A stretch of DNA of 64,000 nt from Christensenellaceae bacterium (GCA_045612585.1 JAZKZI010000048.1:2797-66796), one strand, 5' to 3'. Counted from the stretch's first letter, positions 9,126 to 18,616 are shown. Notes: generated from the sequence alone by a model not told the origin. A program made the numbers and translations.

Positions 9126-9326
9126 CTAGTCTTTTATAAATTCAACGATATCTTCTATTTTGCAATCTAAAAAAGAACAAATTCTGTCAAGGGTTTTCAT
9201 TTCAATATTTTGGTTTGCCCTTAATCTACGCACGGTTTTACTATCTATGCCACATTCTTCTCTAAGCCTATAAGTTGAAACACCCTTTTTGTCCATCGTT
9301 ATAAATAATCTATCAAATTTAAACAT
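9126..9326 (-). CDS. Small XRE/Cro-like HTH regulator
   Basis: MFKFDRLFITMDKKGVSTYRLREECGIDSKTVRRLRANQNIEMKTLDRICSFLDCKIEDIVEFI; SD AAGGGGGA 5 nt before the ATG at 9326, so the longer track ORF start is unlikely. Confidence 0.8.
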   Translation of the reverse strand: MFKFDRLFITMDKKGVSTYRLREECGIDSKTVRRLRANQNIEMKTLDRICSFLDCKIEDIVEFIKD

Positions 9327-9343
9327 TTTATCCCCCTTATGAG

Positions 9344-9372
9344 TTGACATTTTATATTATGGGGGTTATAAT
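9344..9372 (+). promoter_or_regulatory. Consensus sigma-A promoter pointing at the ArsC-fusion gene
   Basis: TTGACA (9344-9349), exactly 17 nt, TATAAT (9367-9372). Confidence 0.6.
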
Positions 9373-9384
9373 CTTTTTTATTAA

Positions 9385-9399
9385 GGGGATATAATCCCC
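9385..9399. promoter_or_regulatory. Candidate operator palindrome GGGGAT-ATA-ATCCCC
   Basis: Perfect 6-bp arms just downstream of the -10 at 9367; a related half-site GGGGTTATAATC lies at 9362-9373. Confidence 0.4.
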
Positions 9400-9520
9400 A
9401 ACTTGTTGAAATGTTGGATTTTATTCAGGTTTGTTTTGCATATTTGAAACACTTGAATTGTGCTGATTTTTTTGGTATAATCAAATTATCCTTAAATAAG
9501 AATTGGGCGAGGTGATTAGA

Positions 9521-10597
9521 ATGAATGAAGAATGCTTAATATGCAAAGCACCATTAGAATATCTTGAAAGAGATGAGATGATGGAGTGTGAAATTTGTCA
9601 TAAAAAGCAATATAGCAAAACAAGGTGCATAAATGGTCATTTCGTTTGTGACGAATGTCATACGAGTGGAATGGATGAAATGGTTAGCATATGTTTAAGC
9701 AGTAAGTCTAAAAACCCTATCCAAATTTTAGAAGAAATGATGTCTATCCCAGCCTGCCATATGCATGGCCCAGAACATCATACAATGGTGGGTGCTGCAC
9801 TTTTAACGGCTTATAAAAATGCAGGGGGAAATATAGATTTAAAATCTGCACTTTATGAAATGCAAAAAAGAGCAAAGCAAGTTCCAGGTGGTGCTTGTGG
9901 TTTTTGGGGTGCTTGTGGTGCAGGGGTTAGCACAGGTATGTATGTCTCTATTGCGTTAAAAGCAACACCATTAACAAAAGAGGCGTGGGGGCTTTCAAAT
10001 CAAATGACGGCAAGAGCTTTAGATGCAATAGGTAAAAACGGTGGCCCACGTTGTTGCAAAAGAGATTCATATCTTGCTATTATGGAGGCTGTTAAATTTA
10101 CAAGTGAAAATTTAGGCGTTCACATGCAAAGTTGTCAACCAACTTGCTCTCGCTATCATCTAAACAATCAGTGCATACAAGAAAATTGCCCGTTTTATAA
10201 AAATTCAAAGAAAAAGGTGGCGTTTATTTGCGTTCATAACTCTTGTCGTAGTCAAATTGCAGAAGCGTTAGGAAAGCATTTGGCATCAGATAAGTTTGAT
10301 TTTTATTCTGCTGGAACTAAGATAAAGAGCCAAATCAATCAAGATGCAGTTAGAATTATGAAAGAACTATATGGTATTGATATGGAGAAAACGCAGTATT
10401 CAAAGTTAATTACAGATATTCCAAATCCTGATATAGTAATTTCAATGGGGTGCAACGTAGAATGTCCTTTCGTGGCAAAACCATTTGATGATAATTGGGG
10501 GTTAGAAGACCCAACAGGTAAAAGTGATGAAGAATTTAAGGTTATAATTAAAAAAATAGAAGAAAATATCTTAAAACTTAAAGAGGCGTGCAAATAA
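9521..10597 (+). CDS. Fusion protein: N-terminal Cys/His-rich metal-binding domain plus C-terminal LMW-PTP-fold arsenate reductase (ArsC, thioredoxin type)
   Basis: C-terminal part VAFICVHNSCRSQIAEALGKH...ISMGCNVECP matches the ArsC CX5R plus downstream Cys pair. N-terminal part has CLICKAP...CEICH...CDECH, HMHGPEHH and GGACGFWGACGAG. SD gaggtga precedes the ATG at 9521. Confidence 0.8.
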   Translation: MNEECLICKAPLEYLERDEMMECEICHKKQYSKTRCINGHFVCDECHTSGMDEMVSICLSSKSKNPIQILEEMMSIPACHMHGPEHHTMVGAALLTAYKNAGGNIDLKSALYEMQKRAKQVPGGACGFWGACGAGVSTGMYVSIALKATPLTKEAWGLSNQMTARALDAIGKNGGPRCCKRDSYLAIMEAVKFTSENLGVHMQSCQPTCSRYHLNNQCIQENCPFYKNSKKKVAFICVHNSCRSQIAEALGKHLASDKFDFYSAGTKIKSQINQDAVRIMKELYGIDMEKTQYSKLITDIPNPDIVISMGCNVECPFVAKPFDDNWGLEDPTGKSDEEFKVIIKKIEENILKLKEACK

Positions 10598-10601
10598 AAC
10601 A

Positions 10602-10632
10602 AAAAAGGCTAACGAAATTCGTTAGCCTTTTT
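10602..10632. terminator. Bidirectional terminator (ArsC fusion / tkt)
   Basis: aaaaaggctaacg-aaatt-cgttagccttttt. Confidence 0.85.
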
Positions 10633-10647
10633 ACTTTTTAGTTAAAT

Positions 10648-12618
10648 TTATTTAACAAGTTCGTTTACTGTGTTTACAACGTTATCAACTGTAAAGCCGT
10701 ATTTAGCGAATAACTTGCCAGCAGGTGCAGATTCACCGAATGTTTCCATACCGATAATCTTTCCGTCCATACCAACGTATTTATACCAACACATTGGTGA
10801 GCCAGCTTCGATAGCAACTCTCTTTCTAACTGCGTTAGGAAGAACGCTTTCTTTATATTTATCGCATTGTTTTTCAAATACTTCAACGCAAGGCATTGAA
10901 ACAACTCTTACGTCGATTCCTTGTTCAGCTAAAACTTTCTTTGCTGATACTGCAAGGTTAACTTCGCTACCTGTTGCAATTAAAATTGCATCTGGAGTTT
11001 TCTTTGTGCTGTCTGAAAGGATATAGCCACCCTTGAACGCTTTGTCGCCTGTGCCGTCAAGCATAGGAAGTGTTTGACGAGATACAACGATACAAGATGG
11101 TTCTTTACCAGTTAAAGCATCAATCCAGCTTGCTGTTGTTTCTCTGCCGTCTGCAGGGCGATAAACCTTCATGTTAGGCATTGCTCTTAAACCTGCTAAG
11201 TGTTCGATAGGTTGGTGTGTAGGTCCGTCTTCGCCAACGCCGATAGAATCGTGTGACAAGATGTAAATTACAGGGAGTTCCATAAGTGCAGACATACGCA
11301 TTGCGTTCTTCATATAGTCAGAGAAAACAGCAAACGTTGCGCAGTAAGGAATTAAACCACCGTGAAAGTACATACCGTTTACGATAGCAGCCATTGCGTG
11401 TTCACGGATACCAAAGTGCATGTTTGAACCTGTCTTATCATTTGGAAGATAATCGCCACGGCCTTTCATTGTAGATTTATTTGCAGGGCCTAAGTCTGCT
11501 GAACCACCGATAAGGCTTGGGATATATTTAGCAAGCTTATTAAGAACTGTGTTGCTATAGCCTCTAGAAGCATCGTCCTTTTCAAATTGCCATAATTCTT
11601 CAATAGCTTTTAGGTCAGGAAGTTCTTTGTTCTTCCAAGCAATATATTCTTTAGCGAGTTCTGGATATTGTTCAGAATATGCCTTGAACATTTCTTTCCA
11701 AGCTTTTTGAGCCTTTCTGCCCTTAGCACCAAACTTTTTGCAGTGTGCAAAAACTTCTTCTGGAACTTCAAATGGAGCTGAAGTCCAACCGAGGTTGTCT
11801 TTTAATGTTTGAACGCCTTCTTCGCCGAGAGGTGCGCCATGGCAACTAGCCTTGCCAACAAGGTGAGAACCATAACCGATTTGTGATTTGATGATGATAA
11901 GTGATGGTTTTTCCTTTTCAGCCTTAGCTTTCTTAATAGCACGATTTAATGCGCCAAGGTCGTTAGCATCTTTAACGTTAATAACTTGCCAGCCCATTGC
12001 TTCGTGACGTTTGCCAACGTTTTCAGTAAAGGTTATGTCTGTGTTGCCTTCGATAGTAATATCGTTATCATCATATAAAACGATAAGTTTGCCAAGTTTT
12101 AATGCACCAGCAAGTGATGCTGCTTCGTTTTCGATACCTTCTTGCATACAGCCATCGCCACAAAGAGCAATAGTGTAGTGGTCAACGATAGGGAAGCCTT
12201 CTTTATTGAACTTTGTTGCAAGGTAATCTTCAGCAATAGCCATACCAACTGCGTTTGCAATACCTTGACCAAGTGGACCCGTGCTTGTTTCAACGCCAGG
12301 GCAAACGCCATATTCTGGGTGACCTGCTGTTTTAGAGCCAAGTTGACGGAAGTTCATGATGTCTTCTTTTGTTAAGCCGAAACCGAAAAGATAATATAAA
12401 GCATAGTCAAGCATAGAGCCGTGACCAGCAGAGAGAACAAATCTATCTCTATTGTCAAAAGCAGTATCTTTTGGGTTAAAAGTCATGTTAGTAAAAGCCG
12501 CATAGCCGATAGGAGCAGCGCCAAGTGGCAAACCTGGGTGACCAGAATTAGCCTTTTGGATTGCTTCTGCTGAAAGCACTCTTATCGCATTTACGGTAAG
12601 TTGTTTTGCATCTTGCAT
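10648..12618 (-). CDS. tkt: Transketolase
   Basis: 656 aa; NSGHPG, GDGCMQEG and THQPIEHL motifs. Confidence 0.95.
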   Translation of the reverse strand: MQDAKQLTVNAIRVLSAEAIQKANSGHPGLPLGAAPIGYAAFTNMTFNPKDTAFDNRDRFVLSAGHGSMLDYALYYLFGFGLTKEDIMNFRQLGSKTAGHPEYGVCPGVETSTGPLGQGIANAVGMAIAEDYLATKFNKEGFPIVDHYTIALCGDGCMQEGIENEAASLAGALKLGKLIVLYDDNDITIEGNTDITFTENVGKRHEAMGWQVINVKDANDLGALNRAIKKAKAEKEKPSLIIIKSQIGYGSHLVGKASCHGAPLGEEGVQTLKDNLGWTSAPFEVPEEVFAHCKKFGAKGRKAQKAWKEMFKAYSEQYPELAKEYIAWKNKELPDLKAIEELWQFEKDDASRGYSNTVLNKLAKYIPSLIGGSADLGPANKSTMKGRGDYLPNDKTGSNMHFGIREHAMAAIVNGMYFHGGLIPYCATFAVFSDYMKNAMRMSALMELPVIYILSHDSIGVGEDGPTHQPIEHLAGLRAMPNMKVYRPADGRETTASWIDALTGKEPSCIVVSRQTLPMLDGTGDKAFKGGYILSDSTKKTPDAILIATGSEVNLAVSAKKVLAEQGIDVRVVSMPCVEVFEKQCDKYKESVLPNAVRKRVAIEAGSPMCWYKYVGMDGKIIGMETFGESAPAGKLFAKYGFTVDNVVNTVNELVK

Positions 12619-12827
12619 AATAAATCCTCCTAAAATTAGATAGACTATTTTTGCCCAAAATCACTAGTTTTGGACAGCCTAATCATATTACAATGTATAT
12701 TATAACTTAATTTCAATTGTTTTTCAAGCCTTTTTGTATAATATTAAAGAAAAAAACTTGATAAATTTTGCATTTGTTGTTATAATTAAATATACTATAA
12801 TGGAAAACTATGCACGGAGATAAATTT

Positions 12828-14258
12828 ATGAGCGAAAAACAATTCGTTAAGCAAATTGCAGACATCAATGAAAACTTTGCACAATGGTATACAGACGTTG
12901 TATTAAAGACCGAACTTGTAGATTACGGTCCTGTTAAAGGCACTATGGTTATTCGCCCTTATGGCTATGCTATTTGGGAAAATATACAAAAAGATATGGA
13001 TAGAAGATTTAAAGAGGCTGGCTCTAAAAACGCTTACTTCCCACTTCTTATCCCTATGAGTTATTTTACAAAAGAAGCAGAACACGTTGAAGGCTTTGCT
13101 CCAGAAGTTGCTGTTGTCACTCACGCAGGTGGCGCTAAACTTGAAGAACCACTTGCAATTCGCCCTACAAGCGAAACTGTTATCGGCACAATGTATGCAA
13201 AGTGGATTCAATCTTATAGAGATCTACCTGTAATTATGAACCAATGGTGCAACGTTATGCGTTGGGAAAAAACAACTCGTCCTTTCCTTCGCACAAGTGA
13301 ATTCTTGTGGCAAGAAGGCCACACCGTGCACGCAACGGAAGAAGAAGCAATGGAAGAAACAATGAAAATGCTTCAGGTTTATAAAGATTTTATGGAACAA
13401 ACCTTAGCTCTTCCTGTGTTTACAGGCAGAAAAACCGACAAAGAAAAATTTGCAGGTGCAAATGCAACTTTCGGATTAGAAGCAATGATGCTTGACGGCA
13501 AGAGTTTGCAGTCAGGAACAAGCCACTATTTAGGTCAAAATTTTGCAAAGGCGTTTGATATCAAGTTCTTAGATAAAGACGGCAAAGAAAAGCACGGCTA
13601 CACGACTTCTTGGGGAACTTCAACTCGTATGATTGGTGCCGTTATTATGGCACACGGCGACCAAAGAGGCTTAGTTCTTCCACCAAAGGTTGCACCTATT
13701 CAAGTTATCATCGTTCCTATCGCAACTCATAAGGGTGGCGTTATTGAAAAGGCAACTGAACTTGAAAGCGCTTTAGTTAAGGCTGGCATAAGAGCAGAAG
13801 TTGACACACGTGATATGAGCCCAGGCTGGAAATTTAACGAGTGGGAAATGAAAGGCGTGCCACTTCGTATTGAAATTGGACCAAGAGATATCGAAAACAA
13901 TCAAGTTATGGTTGCAAGAAGAGATAACTTTGAAAAGAATGCTATGTCAATGGAAAACTTAACCGAAGAAATAGCAAAACTTTTAGACGTTGTACAAAAA
14001 GATTTATTCATTAAGTCAAAAGCAAACAGAGATAAAAGAGTTGTTGAAGCAGACAGTTTAGACGGCATTTTGGCTGGCGTTGAAAACAAAAACTTTGTTA
14101 AGGCTGGCTGGTGTGGATGCAGAGAGTGCGAAGACAAGGTTAAAGAATATGCATCTGCAACGGCAAGGGTTATGTGCGATGAAGAAGGCGTGCCAGAAAC
14201 TTGCGCTATCTGTGGAAAAAAAGCAAAACATAAAGTTATTTTTGCCCGTGCATACTAA
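12828..14258 (+). CDS. proS: Proline-tRNA ligase (archaeal/eukaryote-like short form)
   Basis: Class II aaRS motifs, C-terminal Zn-binding CGC...CAICG and terminal ...FARAY; SD GGAGA 7 nt before the ATG at 12828. Confidence 0.95.
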   Translation: MSEKQFVKQIADINENFAQWYTDVVLKTELVDYGPVKGTMVIRPYGYAIWENIQKDMDRRFKEAGSKNAYFPLLIPMSYFTKEAEHVEGFAPEVAVVTHAGGAKLEEPLAIRPTSETVIGTMYAKWIQSYRDLPVIMNQWCNVMRWEKTTRPFLRTSEFLWQEGHTVHATEEEAMEETMKMLQVYKDFMEQTLALPVFTGRKTDKEKFAGANATFGLEAMMLDGKSLQSGTSHYLGQNFAKAFDIKFLDKDGKEKHGYTTSWGTSTRMIGAVIMAHGDQRGLVLPPKVAPIQVIIVPIATHKGGVIEKATELESALVKAGIRAEVDTRDMSPGWKFNEWEMKGVPLRIEIGPRDIENNQVMVARRDNFEKNAMSMENLTEEIAKLLDVVQKDLFIKSKANRDKRVVEADSLDGILAGVENKNFVKAGWCGCRECEDKVKEYASATARVMCDEEGVPETCAICGKKAKHKVIFARAY

Positions 14259-14328
14259 AATTTCAACAAAAGTATAATAATAAAGATAAGTTTATTTAAG
14301 AGAGATTTTTTTGGGGAAGGAGAATTTA

Positions 14329-15267
14329 ATGACTGAAACTTTTAGTGCTTCTATCGGCACGGGAAAATTCAATACAATTTCTATTGATAATTGGCAAATT
14401 TGGTCAATAATCGGCGTGGCGCTTGCCATTTATTTGGCGCTTTATTTGTTGCGCTCGATAGGATTATACGTGCTTGCAAAAAAACAAAGAATAAAAAAGG
14501 CATATCTAGCTTGGATTCCGGGTGTATGGATATACGTTGCTTGCAAACTGGTTGGAAACGCAAGATTTTTTAGCCAACCAATGCAAAACCTTGCACTTTT
14601 GATGTGCGTGTTCTTTACTATCGCTGAAGTTTTAACGTTTGTTTATAATTTCTTGCTATACTTCCCACTGCTTGAATACGTTATAATGGGTGGGGACGTT
14701 TATATCGGAACGGCATCTCAATTCGGTGGCGAACTCGTTCCATATTCAATGATTGACGGCGTGTTTGTAACAAAACAAATTTTTCCACTCGGCATGTCTG
14801 TTAGAACGTTAGATAGCATTTTAGACATTATGAGTTATATTATGCCATTGTTTGATTTGGCAAGCATATTTATAACAGTTTCAGTTTATTTTGCGTTATT
14901 TAGAAAGTTCTGGCCACAACACTATATGCTTGCATCACTTCTTTCAATTTTCTTTGGGCTTTTCCCAATATTCGTGTTTGTGATAAGAAAAAAGAACCCA
15001 ATAGACTACAATCAATATTTGCGTGCAAGATATGGTGCATATAGAAACCCTTATGGCAATCCTTACGGCAACCCATATGGTGGACCATATAATGGTGGAT
15101 ATGGCAACCCTTATGGCGCACAAGGTGGTGCTAGTGCACCAAAAGAACCAGAGTCTCCATTTGAAGATTTTGAAGACAAGAAAAATAAAAAACCAAAAGA
15201 CCCGTTTGAAGAGTTTGAGGATAAAAAAGCAAAACCAAAAAACCCTTTTGACGAGTTTGATAATTAG
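14329..15267 (+). CDS. Polytopic membrane protein with a repetitive low-complexity C-terminal tail
   Basis: SD ggaaggag before the ATG at 14329; about 6 TM helices, then (NPYG)n and three PF(E/D)(E/D)F(E/D)D repeats. Confidence 0.75.
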   Translation: MTETFSASIGTGKFNTISIDNWQIWSIIGVALAIYLALYLLRSIGLYVLAKKQRIKKAYLAWIPGVWIYVACKLVGNARFFSQPMQNLALLMCVFFTIAEVLTFVYNFLLYFPLLEYVIMGGDVYIGTASQFGGELVPYSMIDGVFVTKQIFPLGMSVRTLDSILDIMSYIMPLFDLASIFITVSVYFALFRKFWPQHYMLASLLSIFFGLFPIFVFVIRKKNPIDYNQYLRARYGAYRNPYGNPYGNPYGGPYNGGYGNPYGAQGGASAPKEPESPFEDFEDKKNKKPKDPFEEFEDKKAKPKNPFDEFDN

Positions 15268-15331
15268 AACTTGTTAAATAGTTAAGATTAAAATAAAAAG
15301 CACAAAAGTGCAAAAGAAAATAGGTAAGTTT

Positions 15332-16669
15332 ATGACCCTAGATACAATTTCTGCAATATCAACACCACTTGTAGCAAGTGGTGTTGCAGTTATAAGAATA
15401 AGTGGAAAAAAATCGCTTGAAATTGCAAGTAAAATGTTTAAGCCACTTGGCAAAACTCAAGTTTTAGATTTTATTCCAAACAAAATGTACGTTGGCGAAA
15501 TTCAGGCTGATGGTTTTTTTGACCACGGCCTTTTAGTGTATTTTAAAGGACCAAAGAGTTTTACTGGTGAAGACGTGGTTGAAATTCACTCTCACGGTGG
15601 TGTTGCGATTTCTAAAGGCATACTTAGAAAGGTTTTATCGCTCGGTGCAAGACTTGCTAATAACGGCGAGTTTACAAAGCGTGCCTTTATCAACGGCAAA
15701 CTTTCGCTTTCTTCTGCAGAAGGGCTTATCGACATGATAAATAGCGAAAGTGAAAGTGGGGTTAAAGCAGGATATTATCTTTATAGAGAAAAACTAACCG
15801 AGCAAATAAATTCCCTTCAAGATGTTATTCTAGATGCTTTAAGTGAAATTGATGCCGATATGGATTTTCCAGAAGAAGATTTAGAGATTACGTCGACAAA
15901 AAACGTTAAAAGCGCCTTAGAACAAGTCACCAAAAAAATTGAAGGTTTAATGGGCACTTATAGAACGGGCAGGTCGCTAAAAAACGGCGTTAGGGTAGCA
16001 ATTGTTGGAAAGCCAAACACAGGCAAAAGTTCGCTTCTTAATGCACTGCTTAGTTATGACAAGGCTATCGTTTCTGATATCGCAGGCACGACTCGTGATA
16101 TAGTTGAAGGCACTATTGATATCGATGGCGTTAGATTTAATTTCTCTGACACGGCAGGCATAAGGGAAAGCGACGATAAGGTTGAAAGTTTAGGCGTTGA
16201 ACTATCTAAAAAAATATTAAAAGAAAGTGACGTTATCTTGTTTGTTGTTGACGGAGCGTCTATTGATGAAGACGATAAAAAGATTTATGATTTTATAAAA
16301 GGTCAAAACGCTATCGTGGCACAAAACAAGGTTGATAAATGCGATAAAAAGTGCGATTTTTCAGATATTTGCATTTCTGCACTTAAAAAACAAAACTTAA
16401 GTGAACTTAAAGAACTTTTATATCAAAAAACCATTGGCAGTGGCATAGATTTAAATGGGGACTTCTTGTGCGAAGAAAGGCACTTTGAGGCGCTTTCTAG
16501 GGCAAAAGATAAACTTACTCAAGCCTTAAATAATATCGATATCGTGCCACTTGATATTTTATCTATAGACATTAAAGACGGTTGGGATGCTCTTGGCGAG
16601 ATTTCTGGCAAGACGGCAACCGAAGACATTATAAACAACATATTTTCTAAATTTTGCGTGGGCAAATAG
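15332..16669 (+). CDS. mnmE: tRNA modification GTPase MnmE
   Basis: G-domain GKPNTGKSSLLNAL, DTAGIR, C-terminal ...FCVGK. Confidence 0.95.
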   Translation: MTLDTISAISTPLVASGVAVIRISGKKSLEIASKMFKPLGKTQVLDFIPNKMYVGEIQADGFFDHGLLVYFKGPKSFTGEDVVEIHSHGGVAISKGILRKVLSLGARLANNGEFTKRAFINGKLSLSSAEGLIDMINSESESGVKAGYYLYREKLTEQINSLQDVILDALSEIDADMDFPEEDLEITSTKNVKSALEQVTKKIEGLMGTYRTGRSLKNGVRVAIVGKPNTGKSSLLNALLSYDKAIVSDIAGTTRDIVEGTIDIDGVRFNFSDTAGIRESDDKVESLGVELSKKILKESDVILFVVDGASIDEDDKKIYDFIKGQNAIVAQNKVDKCDKKCDFSDICISALKKQNLSELKELLYQKTIGSGIDLNGDFLCEERHFEALSRAKDKLTQALNNIDIVPLDILSIDIKDGWDALGEISGKTATEDIINNIFSKFCVGK

Positions 16670-16678
16670 GGGGAGAAA

Positions 16679-17566
16679 ATGGTAAACCTTGAACTTTATA
16701 GGGTGTTTTACGTGGTTGCTAAGTGTGGCAGTTTAACAAAGGCGGCTGAAGAACTTTATATTTCTCAACCAGCCGTTTCTCAAGCCATAAAGCAACTTGA
16801 AATCCAACTCGGTGGCAAACTCTTTAATAGAACGCATAAGGGCATGGAACTGACCGAAACGGGTGGCAGACAAATATTTGACACTGTTGAAAAGGCGCTT
16901 AAACTTTTTGATGAGGCAGAAAGTAAATACGCCGAACTAAAAGACACGGCAACGGGCATGGTTAGAATTTGCGCATCAGACACGGTTAGCACGCACTTTT
17001 TGCTTCCTTACATAAAAGAATATCATGAAAAATATCCAAACGTTAACTTAGTGCTTCAAAACTGCACTTCGAGTGAAACCATAGAACTTTTAAAGGCTGG
17101 CAAAGGGGATATCGGCTTTGTAAACCTACCTATTGACGATACCGAAATAAATTTATCTAACACGGTTATGCAACTTCACGATACCTTTGTGTGCAGTGAT
17201 AAGTTTAAGGAATTAACGGACGGCGTGGTTGACCTTAAAAGACTTCAGGATTATCCACTTTTAATGCTTGAACTCTCAACTGCAACAAGGCAAGCAATTG
17301 TTAGTTTTGCGCACTCACAAGGTGTGCACCTTCACCCAGAAATTGAACTTGCAAGTTTAGAACTTATGTGTATGCTTGCTAAAAACGGCATAGGCATTGC
17401 TTGTATTCCAAGAGAGTTTGTTTCACACGAGCTTAACGAAGAAAAGAGTTTGATTGAAATTAAAACTAACCCAACCCTTCCAACAAGGGCGATAGGGTTA
17501 GCTCTCCCAAAAGATAAAAATTTAACGTTTGCCGTTAAAGAATTTATAAAACTTTTATCAAAGTAA
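16679..17566 (+). CDS. LysR-family transcriptional regulator
   Basis: N-terminal LELYRVFYVVAKCGSLTKAAEELYISQPAVSQAIKQLE wHTH plus a substrate-binding domain. Confidence 0.9.
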   Translation: MVNLELYRVFYVVAKCGSLTKAAEELYISQPAVSQAIKQLEIQLGGKLFNRTHKGMELTETGGRQIFDTVEKALKLFDEAESKYAELKDTATGMVRICASDTVSTHFLLPYIKEYHEKYPNVNLVLQNCTSSETIELLKAGKGDIGFVNLPIDDTEINLSNTVMQLHDTFVCSDKFKELTDGVVDLKRLQDYPLLMLELSTATRQAIVSFAHSQGVHLHPEIELASLELMCMLAKNGIGIACIPREFVSHELNEEKSLIEIKTNPTLPTRAIGLALPKDKNLTFAVKEFIKLLSK

Positions 17567-17579
17567 AAAGGGGGGTAAT

Positions 17580-18362
17580 ATGGAAATTTGGCAAGCGATA
17601 GTTCTCGGTTTTGTTCAAGGCTTTGCAGAATTTTTACCTATTTCATCAAGTGGTCATTTGATTTTACTTTCTAACTGGTTTGGCATTGAAGATAACGTTA
17701 TTTTTTATAGCGTTATGCTACACTTAGGCACGCTAATTCCGGTTATAATAGTTTTGTGGAAACAAATTTTAGAAGTTTTTAAAAAGCCGTTTAATTTATT
17801 TGGCTGTTTGGTTTTGGCAACCATACCTGCAGGCATTTTGGGAATAATTTTTTCAAAAGTAATCGACCTTGATGCGCTTTTTGCAGATAATATTTGGCTT
17901 CTTTCAATTCCGTTTTTATTCACGGCAGGCGAAATGATTTTCTCTGAAATTAGGGCAAAAAAATGCCAAATGACAAAGGAAATTAACAGTAAAACTGCCT
18001 TTATTATGGGGTGTGGGCAAGCAGTTGGCGTGTTCCCTGGGATATCAAGAAGTGGCTCAACTTTAACAGCAGGAAATTTGGCAAAAGTTGACAAAACTCA
18101 TAACGCAAACTTTACTTTTTTAATGAGCATTCCAATCATTTTAGCAGCCGTTTTATTAGAAGGGCTTGACTTTATAACAAGTGGTGCTAACGTGGGAATA
18201 GACTTTGTTCCACTTGCTCTCGGCGTTTTAACGGCAATGATTTCTGGATACATAGCAATTAAGTTTATGCTAAAGATTATAAAGAAAGCAAATTATAAAT
18301 GGTTTAGCCTTTATTTGGTGCTAATAAGCATGGCAAACTTAATCGTTTATTTTGTAAGATAA
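17580..18362 (+). CDS. uppP: Undecaprenyl-diphosphate phosphatase
   Basis: GFAEFLPISSSGHL and PGISRSGST motifs. Confidence 0.95.
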   Translation: MEIWQAIVLGFVQGFAEFLPISSSGHLILLSNWFGIEDNVIFYSVMLHLGTLIPVIIVLWKQILEVFKKPFNLFGCLVLATIPAGILGIIFSKVIDLDALFADNIWLLSIPFLFTAGEMIFSEIRAKKCQMTKEINSKTAFIMGCGQAVGVFPGISRSGSTLTAGNLAKVDKTHNANFTFLMSIPIILAAVLLEGLDFITSGANVGIDFVPLALGVLTAMISGYIAIKFMLKIIKKANYKWFSLYLVLISMANLIVYFVR

Positions 18363-18390
18363 ATAAAATTAAAATAAACTCGATTAAAAT

Positions 18391-18416
18391 AAACTCGGCA
18401 AAAAGCCGAGTTTTTT
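18391..18416 (+). terminator. Intrinsic terminator after uppP
   Basis: ctcggc-aaaaa-gccgag followed by T6. Confidence 0.8.
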
Positions 18417-18430
18417 ATTTTATAAAATCC

Positions 18431-18459
18431 TTGATAAAAATTTTTAAGTGTGTTATACT
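18431..18459 (+). promoter_or_regulatory. Extended -10 sigma-A promoter
   Basis: TTGATA (18431-18436), 17 nt, TGtTATACT (18451-18459). Confidence 0.55.
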
Positions 18460-18465
18460 AACTAT

Positions 18466-18599
18466 GCTACACATTTTAATATTCTCAAAACTGGGGCATA
18501 TTATCGGTAAAAACGTATGCTCTCGCCTAGTTTTGGGAAAATGTGTAGCAACATTGGGAGATGCGTTTTTCGGCGTATCTCTCGGGGTACGCTTTTTTT
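18466..18599 (+). promoter_or_regulatory. Structured ~135-nt 5' leader with mutually exclusive hairpins and a U7 terminator (attenuator or riboswitch candidate)
   Basis: 12-bp closing stem 18466-18477/18538-18549 around an 84-nt rod; 10-bp hairpin 18556-18583 overlaps terminator hairpin 18573-18592 plus T7 (18593-18599). Confidence 0.4.
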
Positions 18600-18616
18600 A
18601 TTTTAGGAGAAAGGAT

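Noticed and set aside
12619-12827. T-box leader upstream of proS
   Set aside because: The 209-nt region must also hold the divergent tkt promoter. I found no T-box sequence (AANNNGGGTGGTACCGCG-like), specifier loop or terminator/antiterminator pair.
18371-18400. Direct repeat TAAAATAAACTCG x2 after uppP
   Set aside because: The second copy is simply the 5' arm of the uppP terminator, and the short A/T-rich duplication has no further support.
18431-18616. N-terminal 62-aa extension of the 171-aa track ORF
   Set aside because: It would start at the TTG that is the -35 hexamer and read through the structured leader and U7 tract. A strong SD precedes the internal ATG at 18617.
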